From Neocallimastix sp. 'constans' (lineage: Eukaryota), in contig JBODTK010000012.1 in NCBI GenBank assembly GCA_050613775.1, positions 620,001-684,000 of the forward strand: a stretch of DNA of 64,000 nucleotides. The letters are read 5' to 3'. Position numbers and translations under genes: made by a program. The notes below the pieces were generated by a model, which was not told where the DNA came from, did not search any database, and saw nothing but the letters and a program-made list of their open reading frames with translations. Positions 20,426-38,546 of the stretch are shown here, in pieces. How positions within the stretch are numbered: position 1 is the stretch's first letter; each line of letters starts with the position of its first letter.

Positions 20426-21192
20426 AATATCTATATATAAATTTATTTTACAAGTATAATAGTAAAAAATATAAAAGAAATTATACGTAAATTCAAAACT
20501 ACAATTTTTTTTTTTTTCTTTTTTCTTTTTCCTTTTATATATATATATAAGTAAAATAAGTAAATATTTGTTTATTCACTTCTTAATTAAAAATAATATA
20601 ATTTAAAATTATATATAAATAATAATAATTACATAAAAAAAGTAATAATAATAAAAAAACAAGCAAAATGATAAATAATATTTTATATTTAATTATTATA
20701 TTAAAATAAATATATATAATTATATTCATACAATTAATTTCATTAAAATGGAAATATTAAAAAATATATATTTTTCGTATATATTTTATTTATATTATTT
20801 AAATTAAAGAAAAAAAAATAATAATTAATTATAAAATTTAAATTTGTGTAACAAAAATTAATAAAATAAAATATTAAGGGTTAGATGGACTATTCACATT
20901 CACTATCATATTTTAATGCGGCATTCATTTTAATTTTAATATTTTTAAAAGAAAAAAATTTTTAACCAAAAAAATTCAAAGAACTGAATGAATAGAAATA
21001 TAATTATCAAATTCATATTATCATACATTTTGCAAAATTAAATACATATAATAATAATATTTAGTATTTTTAAATTGTTAAATTAATTTTGATATTTTCA
21101 TAATTCATATTATGTTATAATAAATAAATAGTATTGCTTTATATAATTAAATAAATAAATAATAATTTTATTAATACTGAATTATATTAGAA

Positions 21193-21770
21193 AATTAATT
21201 TATACTAATAAATTCCATATCTAATTTAATTAATAAGAATAAAGAAAAAACCTTATCTTAAACTTGTAATTATATTTATAAATTTAATTAACTACTGATT
21301 CCCTTCCTTATATTAATTTAATTATTATATAACTCTGATAAAGAAGTGTTGGATTTAGAAAAAAAATATTCAGCCTTTAAATTAAAAAAAAAATAAAAAT
21401 ATAAAAATAAAATATAGAATATAAAAAATAAAAATATTAATAAAAGAAATACAAAATGATGTATTATACAATTCTATTTATATAAACCATAATATTATTC
21501 AACATTATGAAAAGATTTTAAAAAAAAAAAATAAAAAAAAATACAATATACATATAGTAGATATTTCAGAGTTTTGTATATAATGAATATAAAATTAAAG
21601 AAAGTATAAATTAACTCATATTAAATTTATACATATAATAATAATTAAATTAATATAAGGAAGGAAATTAATAGTTAATTAAAATAATAAATATAATTTC
21701 AAGTTCAATGTAAGGTTTTTTTGTTCTTATTAATTAAATTAGATATGGAATTAATTAGTATAAATTAAAT
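21193..21770. mobile_element. MITE / foldback-like non-autonomous DNA element with ~140-bp imperfect terminal inverted repeats
   Basis: 21193-21330 (TTAATTTATACTAATAAATTCCATATCTAATTTAATTAATAAGAA...CCTTCCTTATATTAATTTAATTATT) is the reverse complement of 21633-21770 with few mismatches. The ~300-bp interior is non-coding. Confidence 0.8.
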
Positions 21771-22409
21771 ATTAAAATTTTTATTATTACATAATTACAT
21801 AAAAATCTGAATATTAAATATTAAATAAAAAAATGTATATATATTTAATTATCAGCAACTAATAATAACTGTATTTAAAAATTTTACGATATAATAATTA
21901 TATGAAGTCTATGTATAATTAAAGTATATTTTTAATATTTAAAATTTTGAATATAATAAAATTATTAATTTTAATTTTTTTTTTTTTTTGTATAAAAAAA
22001 AATAATTTTATTCTACTATTTTATTCAAATATTAATTAAATATCAAAGTACTATCTATTAATAAATTTATATTTTATATATTGAATAAAAAAGATTTTAT
22101 ATACCGGAGAATAACTATAAAAATATATTGAGATTCATTTCTTTATTACGAGTTTTAGTATTATAATATAATATTATATAACATTTTAAAATTAATTAAA
22201 ATTTATTAAATATTTGATACATAAATTATATTAATTTTTTTAAGCAAAAAAGCATACTTTTTATATAATATATTTTAAATGATAAAGAAGAGTCTTAATT
22301 ATTTTTTTTTTTTTTTTTTTTTGAAACGAAATTTAATCATTAATTATAAAAAATTATATTTTATTTATATATACAATAATGTAACTTTATCATAATTGTT
22401 TTATTTATA

Positions 22410-22444
<35 letters not shown>

Positions 22445-23361
22445 CTTTAAGCTTAAAATTTTATTTAGCTTGATTATTCTTTTTTTAAAATCTTTAATAA
22501 TACTTTGTTAATATTTTTTAAAAACTTTAATAAATAATTATTGTATGTTTCTTTTAACAGAATAAATCTTTCAAATAAAATAAAAAAAAAAAAGTAGAAA
22601 TAAAAATAAAAAATAAAATCATTAATAATAAAATTTTTATATATTATAAATATATTTATTAAATAAATATAAATATGAATTTTTAAATTAAATCGTTGTT
22701 ATTTATTTTTTTATTTTATTTTTAATATGAAAATATGATAAATTGTTATAAATAACCATATATTTATTATTCTTTATTATTTATATTACATAAGTATTTA
22801 TTTTTATATTATATACATATTGTTTATTATGTTTATTATATATAATTATATAAATTTTTTAAAGATTAACTCCCAAAAATTTTATGTGGACTCATATCTA
22901 ATAATAAATTGTCACAATATCTATATTTTTAATGATTTTTTTTTTTTTTTTTATAATATTTATTAGTATATAATCTTATTAATAAAAAAAAGTTTTTTTA
23001 TAAAAATAAAAAATAAAATAAAATAAAAAAAAAAAAAATGGAAATAATAAAAAGGTAAATAAAAGTTTAATAAATATTAAAATATAAAAATTTTATATAA
23101 ATATAAAAATTAAAGTAAAATATAATTTTTAAAGTTTTTACTTAATTTTTTTTTTTTTTTAATATTCATTTATTATTTTTTAGCTTCAATGAAATAAAAA
23201 ATTTTCTTTTGATTTGTTTTCTTTTTTTTTTTTTTTATCACTTTTTTTTTTTTTATTTTTCAGTTTCTTCAAAGAAATAACAATCAGTAATTATTATCGA
23301 AACAGAAAAAAAAAAAACTTTATCCTCTAAATATCAAATATTTAATATAAAATAAATAAAA

Positions 23362-23607
23362 ATGAGTAAGATTGTTGCTGATCCAAAAGTAATATATACA
23401 TATATATATTTTTTTTCTTTATTATATAAATAAAATTAAATCCTGTGATACTTTCTATTAAAACTAGCAATATTAATATATATATGATAAAATATATAAC
23501 AACATAATATATATATAATTTAAAGCAATAAAAATTATATATTTCTTTTACTATAATAAAAAATTAAAAATAAAAAAAAAAAAAGTGGAAGACTAATAGC
23601 AAAAATA

Positions 23608-23642
<35 letters not shown>

Positions 23643-23699
23643 TTTTATATTATTTAATATATGTGATTTACACAATATCAAATGTAAACCAAAAAAATC

Positions 23700-23733
<34 letters not shown>

Positions 23734-24517
23734 GTTAAAAATTTTAAAAATTAAATTAAATAAAAAAAAATTATTAATGATAAATTCCACTTAAAAAAAA
23801 AAAAATTAGATCAAGGAATCCTATGACAAGATTCGTGATGACAAGGACCCAATGAACTGGGTTTTATTAGAATATGTCGATGATAAGGTATAAAGAAAAA
23901 CCAAGTTAAAATAATACGCACATTTTTATATATATATAAAAATATAATGAAAATATAATAAAAAAAAAGTTTTGTCATTTATTTTTATATTTTAATTTAA
24001 AAAGTAAAATGATAAAAAATAAAATAAAGAATAGAAAAAAAAAAAAAAAAAGATAGCATAAAAAATATATATATATATAACATAATTAAATAGAATTATA
24101 AATTAATTTGCTATTTATATATTTATATATATATATATTTTAAAAAAAATAAAAAATAAAAATAATTTATAGACTGATCAATTACAAGTTGCTGCATCTG
24201 GAGAAGGTGGTATTAAGGAATTTAGGAGCAACTGTAAACAAGATCAAGCTGCCTTTGGCTTCATCAGAGTTAACGCTTCTAATGATCCATTATCTCAAAG
24301 AGTAAAGTTTATCTTCGTTACTTGGTGTGGTTCAAAAGTTAAAGTTATGAGAAAGGCAAAATTATCAATTCATATTGCTGATGTAAAGACTATTTTTAAG
24401 TCATTTGCTGTTGAAATTAATGCAACCATTCCAGAAGATTTGGAAGAAAGTACTGTTATGTTAGCTGTTACAAAGGCTATGGGTGCTAACTATGATAGAC
24501 AAACTTCAAACTACTAG
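23362..24517 (+). CDS. Coactosin-like actin-binding protein (single ADF-H domain), 3 exons
   Basis: Exons 23362-23388, 23810-23887 and 24173-24517, with GT-AG introns, splice in frame. Product: MSKIVADPKIKESYDKIRDDKDPMNWVLLEYVDDKTDQLQVAASGEGGIKEFRSNCKQDQAAFGFIRVNASNDPLSQRVKFIFVTWCGSKVKVMRKAKLSIHIADVK...KAMGANYDRQTSNY*. The R-x-KF-x-F-x-TW-x-G and GANYD motifs are typical of coactosin/Abp1-type ADF-H. Confidence 0.92.
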
Positions 24518-24788
24518 ACATATAATTAATATATTAAAATATTAAAATAAATATATATATATATAAAATTTTAATTATTTTAAAAAAAATCATATGAAAA
24601 TGAAATTAAAAGAAATAAAATATTATAATAATATAAAAAATAAAAAAAAAATTACATAAAAAATAAAAAAAAATTACATAAAACGAATAATATTTAAATT
24701 TTATTAATTAAAGGCTAGAAATTAAATTTAAAATATATAAAAATTATCTTTGAAAAAATGATTTAAAATTATTTATCAAAAAAACAAA

Positions 24789-24826
<38 letters not shown>

Positions 24827-25199
24827 TAAAAACAAAAAAAAAAAAAAAATTGAAAGATTATTAAATTGTTAAAAAAAAAATTCATCAATTGGAATAGCAT
24901 GATTGTCATTTTTATCAATAACAATTTTTTCCAAAATCTAGCAAAATGGTCACTATACATAATAAACCTATTTTGTAGAAAAATATATTATATATAATAT
25001 CATATATATGACTTTTTTTTTTTTTTTTTTATTTTATTTTATTTAAAAAATTTTATTATAATATTTTATATAATCAATAAAAAGAGATTTCAAAGAAAAT
25101 AGAATTAGTAAATAATTAAATTATGATATTATATATTTAAATTATATATATCAAAGAAATTTAATGAAAAAAAAAAAGTAACATCATTAAAGTAAGTAG

Positions 25200-25750
25200 T
25201 GTAGAGATTACATTATTTACTCTATAGACGTTACTTCAGAAGACATAATTCCCATAGATTTGTTGAATGAAAAATCGAATGATTATTACTATATGATGGT
25301 AGTGTTATCAAGAACTGTGTCCTTGTTGTTATAGAGAAAATATTAGTCCTCTATTGGAATATTGGTTTTCTAAATGCTTTCTTTTCCGTGAAATTCGAAT
25401 GAAAAATCATAAGGATATTGAAATTTTTTTTGAAAAATTTTTTATAATTTCTAAATATTGTCCAATATCAAATAGTAATAAAAACGCTGTTATCAGAGAT
25501 ATGAATAATGTAGAATCAAGTACAGATTCTGATAGTAGTAACGAAAGTATTAAATATTAATAATAATAACAATAGAAATAATTTTGTTAATAATAGTAGT
25601 ATTAGTGATAATAAAAAAAGGAATATTAATATAATATTCGTAATAGTGAAAATAATAATATCATTATTAATAATAATATTATTATTTTCACTGTTAATAT
25701 TAGTAATTTTCTGAATAATGAATGTGTAAATATATATGTGACGTGGTATA
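25200..25750 (+). mobile_element. Decayed LINE ORF2 C-terminal fragment (zinc-knuckle region)
   Basis: Reads YQELCPCCYRENISPLLEYWFSKCFLFREIR, comparable to CFLCCGVSIPSFSHWIFDCKELENYR in the 34-36 kb LINE. It shares a 52-bp near-identical block with the inverted fragment at 26522-26573. Confidence 0.65.
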
Positions 25751-25940
25751 TAACCGATTATATAACTTCCTTCTTCGTAGAAGAATCGCAGACATTATTG
25801 ATTTAGATTATAAAAAGGAATGAATTGTTTTTTTTTTTTTTAATAACCAAATTATTTCTGGGAATTATTCAAATTTATTTAATATATTTTATGCCACTTT
25901 TATATAAGCGGTTTATTTAAGTACGTCATATTTTATATAA

Positions 25941-25963
25941 AGCCACGTTCCGAAATGCGACAC
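25941..25963. mobile_element. Probable DNA-transposon terminus motif (GCCACRTTSCGAAATGC family)
   Basis: AGCCACGTTCCGAAATGCGACAC, similar to copies at 38250-38267 (inverted) and 44327-44344. A subterminal GCCAC lies at ~25893. Confidence 0.5.
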
Positions 25964-25968
25964 TCCAG

Positions 25969-26000
<32 letters not shown>

Positions 26001-26049
26001 GTAGTATTCAAAAAAAGTGTATGAATAAAATCAGAAAAAAAAAAGTCCA

Positions 26050-26750
26050 TAGGTAACAAACCTCATCTCCATGATTATAAAATTTTTATTTAAATACGAA
26101 TTTTTATTCCGGTTTAGGGTTTGAATTGACTAATCTAAAAGAAATTATGGTCTTCTCCTTCAGAGGTATTGGCCCCTTCCTGTCTGTCTTAACTGTAACT
26201 GCATTTTCAACGTTAACGCTCCTAGTTAGTTTACGCTTATACCGTCGGAATAGCAACCCTTGTCGAATACCAGCCCCAGATATAATTTCGATGATAAAGA
26301 GAGCCGCAGATCTCACCATAAATGGCATTTTTTAGAATAATTACCAGAAATGATTTGATTCTTAAACAAAAACACCCCATTCCTTTTTATAATATAAATC
26401 AATAATGTCAGCATCTCTTCTCTTCCATCAAGAATTTTTTTTTTTTTTTTTTTTTTTTATTTTACATCCACATTTATTGAGAACTATAATATTCCATCAA
26501 GAAGGATGTTATACAATCGACACCACTTCACCTATATATTTACATACTCATTATTCAGAAAATTACTAATATTTTTAATACGATTTTCACTAATTGATCT
26601 ATCTATTCATTACATTATTAATAATGATGCAATCATTTTCACTCTCACTAATATTAATTTCTATTCTCACTAAATTCTATAATTATTATTAACAATACTA
26701 TTCTTATATTCACATCTTGTCCAATTAAAATCCTAAACTAAGAAAATGTT
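26050..26750 (-). mobile_element. 5'-truncated LINE 3' fragment
   Basis: The minus strand reads YNILLDG ... MPFMVRSAALF...LLFRRYKRKLTRSVNVENAV, homologous to the ORF2 end of the RT-containing element at 34.3-36.3 kb. Confidence 0.65.
26423..26503 (-). mobile_element. 57-bp poly(A)-tailed retro-insertion with a 12-bp target-site duplication, nested in the LINE fragment
   Basis: TTCCATCAAGAA occurs at 26423-26434 and 26492-26503. The insert on the minus strand is TATTATAGTTCTCAATAAATGTGGATGTAAAAT followed by ~24 A. Confidence 0.8.
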
Positions 26751-27166
26751 TGATTATGAAAGTTTATTATTTATTATTATAATTTTTATTTATATATTTA
26801 TATATTTATGTATTTATATATTCATATATATATTATTCGTAATAAAATTTTTATGCATTAAAATTTTAATTACTAAGAAATATAAATTAAAATAACAAGA
26901 AATAACTTGTTAAAAATAAAATAGAAATAGAAATAGAAATAAAAATAAAAAAAATAAAAAATAAAAAAATAAAAATATAAAAAAATAAAAATATGAAAAA
27001 AATTAAATAAATAAAAAATAAAAAATAAAAAAAATAGAATAATGAATTTTATGAATTAAAAAATAACAAAAATGAAAAAGAAAAAATTAATTTAAATTAA
27101 ATGGAAATTTTAATGCTAAAGCAATTATTTTTATATATTAATAAAATATAGTAATATATATATCGA

Positions 27167-32405
<5,239 letters not shown>

Positions 32406-33492
32406 TTTGAAAATTTAATAAATTTAATTGATTTAAAAATGTATTATATGAAGAATTATTCTAATTTTATTTATATGATATATAAAAATATTATTTAAAT
32501 AAAATTTAATTTTAATGAAAAGTATCTATGATATAGATATTAAATTTATATATTGTATAAAAAAAAATTGAAATTAAAAGTTCAATTATTTTTAATTACA
32601 AATTTTAAAAGATTGGTAATAAAATTTTATATTATATTAAATTTTAAAAAAAAAATAATAAAGCATATATCAAAAACAATAAAATATATTTACCTATTTA
32701 ATATAAGTAAAAATGAAATAGATAGATTAACAAATAATTAAGATATATTTATATTAAAAAGTATTAATTATAACTCTAAATTGCCTTAGAATTTACAATT
32801 ATACTTTTTTTTTTTTTTTTTTTTAAGTTTTTAATAAAAAAAAAATATTTTTATATTTCAATTTAATAAAATTTTCATGAAAAAAATCTTAATATATGAT
32901 ATATGCATTATCCATCTCTCAATAATGATTCTATTTAATTTATTGGTTTAATATTGATAGACATATATATCATTATTAATAAAAAAAAAAAATCAAAATT
33001 TTGATATTAAATAATAATTATTGATATAATAAAATATAATAAAATAGTAAAAATCTACAAAAAAATTATATATATATATTAATTATAGAATTATTCATAC
33101 ATAGTATATTTACGTATACATTATTTTTTTAATCATTTAAAGATTATCAAATTAAATATTTTTTTTATTTTTTTATTTTTTTTTTTTTGGAATACCTGAT
33201 TTAGTCATATTAAATATTAAATATACCATATTAAAATTGTAATTTTTAATTATTTAAAAAACTTTATTAATTTTTTTTTGACTCTCTTCAAAATAATTAT
33301 AAATAGATAATAGATGATTATAATATAATATTATTTTATTTAAATAATAATTCTTGACTTTTTATTATTTTAATTTTTTAATTTTAATTTAATTATATAT
33401 ATTTAAAATAAAATTATTAAATAAGTTACCATGTTAATAACTTTGTAATTTTAAGTACTCAAATCCTTTTATTATATATATAATATATTAAT

Positions 33493-33536
<44 letters not shown>

Positions 33537-34329
33537 TTATTTATTTTGAAGGCTTATGCTACATTACACAATAAATGGATAAAAAGTATTAATGATATAA
33601 AACTTTGTTGTAGTTTTTGTATCTATTTTTTGTGATTATTCCTGCAGTCTTAGCATTACACATATTGCCACCATTTCGGTATATACATTAAGCAAAGTAA
33701 TATTTATTATTATTGTTGCTATAAATACTTTTTTATTTTATTTTTTTTTTTTGTTGTTTTAATGTTTCAATATTTGATACAAAAATTATAAAAATTACAT
33801 TTAATTAAAATTATGATAAAAATAGTTTTTATATTATGCAATATATATAATATTATTATTATATAATTGAAACATCAATGAAAGTATTTCCTGTATCATC
33901 AGCATAATTAGCTTTTGAATCTAATTATATTAAACAAATATAGTTGATAGATAATAGCTTTATTATCTATTACCTATTTTTATATAACCTAACATCATCT
34001 TTGAAAAATATAATGAAATTTTTTTATTTGATTACTCTTTTTTCTTTTTTAAATTAATATTAGCTTAACATCAGCATAACCCTAACCCTAAATGAATCCG
34101 TATATAACCTTCAGTTTAAGTAAGGAAATCAAAGTTTAAATAAAATAGAAAATAATTATACTGTTGAATATAATAATTTTATTGTTATTTACAAACACAT
34201 TAACTATTTAAAGCTTTTTTATAAACAAAAGTCTTTTTTTTTCAATATAATATACATAATATAAAGTATTACTATATATATAATTTTTTATATTTTTTAT
34301 ATGTGAATTAGTACATAAAAAAAAAAATA

Positions 34330-36257
34330 TTTTTTTTTTTTAGACTTAGAGAATAACTTTGTTTAATTTATAATAATAAAATTACATAATTTAAATGAAA
34401 AATAAAATACATGAAATGAAATATTATATATTATATAATTATAAAAGTGTGTTAGAAACAATAATTTCTAACTTTTCTCATTCATCGATGATAATATCAC
34501 GTCCATTATTGCGAGTAATAATTTTAGTATTAGTGTTATCAATCGAATTTGTATCAGATCTTTCACCGGGAGGTGAAAACCCATGCCATATCATTCTCGA
34601 CGTCGACGCTCTTAGCAACGGTAGATTCAACGGAATACCATTTCATCATTAATCAAAAAGATCGACAAATTAATTGGTATTACGTTTGTTAGAAACTCCG
34701 CAATCCCCACAAAATACGGAACAGTCAACAAAAATTGAACTTTGTTTAAAAATATTGTCAACTAATTGTCTTTGTTCCCCATCATTAAATTTAATTTTTT
34801 TCATATATTGAATGCCCGCCAAGAAGAACACTCAATATAAAATATTAAAGAATATTATCATAATCTTTTTCTGAATCTAAAGAAACATCCAAGGATTTTT
34901 GTTTAATTATCATTGCAAACTTCAAAAAGAGATCATCTAGGAAAGGTAAAGATTTATTTCTGTAATTTTCCAATTCTTTACAGTCAAAGATCCAATGAGA
35001 AAAGCTAGGTATACTAACACCACAACATAGGAAACATTTAGGACAATCTTCTGAGACTATTTTTCTTTTAGTGGAAATACTAAATCAAATTTAAAACCAC
35101 ACCTAATTAAAGAAATCCAAAAGAATCCCAATTAATACTTAGGATATTGAAATGATAAGTTTTTGATTTCTGAAATAAATCCAAAATCATTCTCCTTGTA
35201 AATAATTACTTTTTTAGCTTTTGAGGGTTTGAAGACATCTCTTTCCCAATAAAACTTTTTTATTTCACTTGTTTTTTTTTTTTACCAATTAATTTCTTAT
35301 CCAAAGTTCTTGATTCTTTAGTTCATGAGTAATATGACATAATAAGAATATTATTAGTAAGATGATTAATAATACAAGATGAGTTTTTCCATTTTCTGAA
35401 ACAGTGTAATTGAGATATAGCACAGATAGCTGAAAGAGGAGGTATTCTCAATTCATGAGTAATATCATAGATACTATCATAAGAATTACGAGATTTAAAT
35501 CCATAACTCCAATAAAGTCCTCTGTTAATAAATTTTTTGAGCTTTAGAGCATCTGCTCTTATTTAAACTAAAATAGAGAAGCATAATATAAAACAAGATT
35601 AAGAATAAACGAAATTAAAACATATTTCTTTAATGGGAGAAGAATAGATTTATTAATAAGAAATTCGAAAGTACGAATTTAACTTGACATTTAAATTACT
35701 GTTTAATTTGGATTTTATAGGTTTCAATGATAAAGATTCATCAAAAGGAATACCAAGATAAGTATAGTTGTCAGTTTTAGGTAATTTGTTACTACCAATA
35801 AAGAAAGATGGATCTTCGTAATTTATCGGTTTAACAAAGTTGATCGGTTTTACAAAAAGAATAGTACACTTATTAATTCCAAAAGTCATTTCATTTTTAA
35901 TAGCCCATTCATGAACTTTATTCAAAATTTTCTTAAGAGCTTGTTTAGATGGAGCAACTAAAAACAATATCATCGGCAAAAAGTCCATCACAACAATATT
36001 GAAATTCTAAATATACACCATACTTATCACAATCATCCAATACATCATTAATGAACAAATTGAATAAAATAGGAGATAGAGGGTATCCTTGTCAAACACC
36101 TTAACTAATCGAAAATTCTTCTGAGAGAATACCATTAAAAAAAGCATGAGCTTAAGAGGATAGATAAAGATTCCTTAAAAACAGATGACATTTACTTCTA
36201 ATTCTTAAGTTATATAATTTGGTCAAAATATTAAAAATAAGTACTGAATCATAAGAT
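34330..36257 (-). mobile_element. Decayed 5'-truncated LINE (non-LTR retrotransposon): RT domain, C-terminal Zn knuckle, 3' UTR and poly(A)
   Basis: Minus-strand motifs: YDSV, GV*QGYPLSPILFNLFIND, LFADDIV, WAIKNEMTFGINKC, YTYLGIPF, CFLCC...HWIFDC, LGG, PYFVGIAEFL, KSVDVEN. The T-run at 34330-34341 is the tail. Multiple stops and frameshifts. Confidence 0.9.
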
Positions 36258-37960
36258 CAAGAGAGGCAAGATAGGATAAATATTTAGGAAATTTTAATGT
36301 GATAAAGTTAAATGTATCAAGATTTTTTGATATGTATTATGTTGAAGAAGGTCTTATTCGAATTATAAATAATATTTTAAATGAAGTTAAAGAAAAAGAA
36401 CCTGAAATTAAATTCAAAAATGAAGTTAGTATAGTTAGTATATTTGAAGTTATATATAAATATACTAATAAAAAAAATTGTTTTGATTATCGATGAATGG
36501 GATATTGTTTTAAGAAATAAGGGAAATGAAGAAGAAAAAATATATTTGAAAATTTTGAATAATATTACAAGAGATCAATCTTATATCGCTATAGCATATA
36601 CAACATAAATTTTGCCAATTAAAAAAAACGGAACACATTCTTGATTTTGAGGAATATGCAATGATTAATTCTTTATGGATGTCAAAATTTTTTGGTTTTA
36701 CTCAAAATGAAGTTAAAATGTTATGTAAAAAACTAATTGATAATGAAAAAATAGATTCAAATAATAATAAACATAAAAAGTTATAACATAATAATGAATT
36801 AAATAATAAAGAAGAAATGGAATGTTAAAAAAACATATGAATAATAAAGAAAGAAAATGTAAAGAAAATATAAACAATAAAGAATTGGTCAATACAAATA
36901 ATATAAGTGAAAAACAAAAAGAAAGGAAAAAAGATTTAACTAATAAGAAAAAAAAAATAAATAAAAAAACGAAAAATTAGTCAATCAAATCACAAATCTG
37001 AATCCAAAAGACAAAAACTTAATAACGAATTAAATGATAAAAAAGAAATAGCATGTAAAGAACTTGTAAATAATAAAAAAGAAAGAAAAATGTAAAGAAA
37101 ATATAAGCAACAAAGAATTAATCAATTCAAATAATATAATAAGTGAATAACAAAAAGAAAAAAAAGTTTAGTTAATAATAAAAAAAAAAAAAAAAATAAA
37201 AGAAATAAAAAACAAAAAATTAATCAATCAAATCATTAATTTGAATTTAAAATAAATTTTAAAAATGTTAAAAAATGGTATAACGGTTATCTATTATATG
37301 ATGAAAAAAAAGGGTAAAATATTTAAACTCTACACAACGTATTTAATTATAAATGTATTTAAAAAAATAGAGTAATTACAAATTATAATAGTGTAGCTGA
37401 AACATTTTACCCAATTACTGAATATTTTAACATGAATTTTTTTTGGAATAAAAAGAAGATATAATTAGATTAAAGAGTAGAAAGAGTGTAAAAATAAAGA
37501 TAAATACATATCAAAATGATATGACCACATTTAATTGTAAAGATGATGTACTAACAATGCTGGTTCGTATAGGCTATTTAAGTTATAATGCGAAAACCAA
37601 AAAAGTATTTATCCTTAATGAAGAAGTACTTCAAGAATTTTTATATTCCAATTAATAAGAAAAATGGAAAAAAAATTGTTAAAATGTTAGAAAGATCTAA
37701 AGAACTTTCAAATGAGACATTGAAAACATTGAAATGTAACAAAGAAAAAAGTTGCTAAATTAAAGGAAGAATTTCATGATGAAGCATGCAACAAGAATTA
37801 TAATAGTGAGTCTACTTTAAAATATGCTATTTTACTTGGATATTAGGTATCAGATGAATATTATAATTTTTTTTTTTTTATTGGAAATTAATTGAGATAA
37901 TGGTTATATTAATATAGCATATATTCCATTATCATCTTAATTCCAAATATCCTTTATTGA
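36258..37960 (+). pseudogene. Pseudogene of a bacterial-type AAA-ATPase-like (PF09820) + PD-(D/E)XK nuclease (PF08011) protein
   Basis: Ordered motifs across frameshifts: KYLGNFNVIKLN, IVLIIDEWD (Walker B), ILPIKK, FFGFTQNEVKMLC, VKKWYNGY, YQNDMTTFNCKDDVLTMLVRIGYL, VFILNEEV, YNSESTLKYAI, GYINIAYIP. The N-terminal Walker A part is missing. Confidence 0.8.
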
Positions 37961-38230
37961 TTGATATAATAATATTAAATAACTTTGTTTTAAGATAATT
38001 TTTTATACACACATATTCACCAGTAAATCAATTTATTCATTATAGAATAACTAGTTTAAATGGTGGATATTATTATAATATGTGAAATAAATAAAAAAAT
38101 AAGCTTCAAATGTATTAAAACATATTGTAATACTTAATATAAAAGCCACAATACAATAGTATAGAAGTACTTAATTTAGAATAATTTAAGTAGAAGTAAC
38201 TTTTTACCATAAAATATATTAATAAAGAAT

Positions 38231-38269
38231 GTGTATCATTTCGCAATTATGCATTTCGCAATGTGGCTT
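38231..38269. mobile_element. Probable DNA-transposon terminal inverted repeat (left-facing copy)
   Basis: GTGTATCATTTCGCAATTATGCATTTCGCAATGTGGC; 38250-38267 is the exact reverse complement of 44327-44344. Confidence 0.55.
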
Positions 38270-38509
38270 AAATATTTTTAACTAATTGCCACATTATATA
38301 ATTTTTTTTTACCAATAAATAAATAATAAAAAATCATTTTTGAAATAAGTCTTTAAATAATAAATAATAAATAATAAATAATAAATAATAACTAATAAAT
38401 AATAACTAATAAATAATAACAAATAATAAATATAATAAATAATAAATAATTAATAAATAAATAATAAATAATTAACACTAATTTTTTATTCAGAATAAAT
38501 ATAAATATT

Positions 38510-38513
<4 letters not shown>

Positions 38514-38546
<33 letters not shown>

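Noticed and set aside
33875..33925. Minus-strand YADD (SKANYADDTGNT) as an RT catalytic motif
   Set aside because: The context does not fit RT. It is more like a tiny ankyrin relic or chance, and too short to call.
34395..34652. Plus-strand 85-aa ORF (and similar ORFs at 26126 and 38618)
   Set aside because: Antisense to the GC-richer LINE 3' ends; explained by the element.
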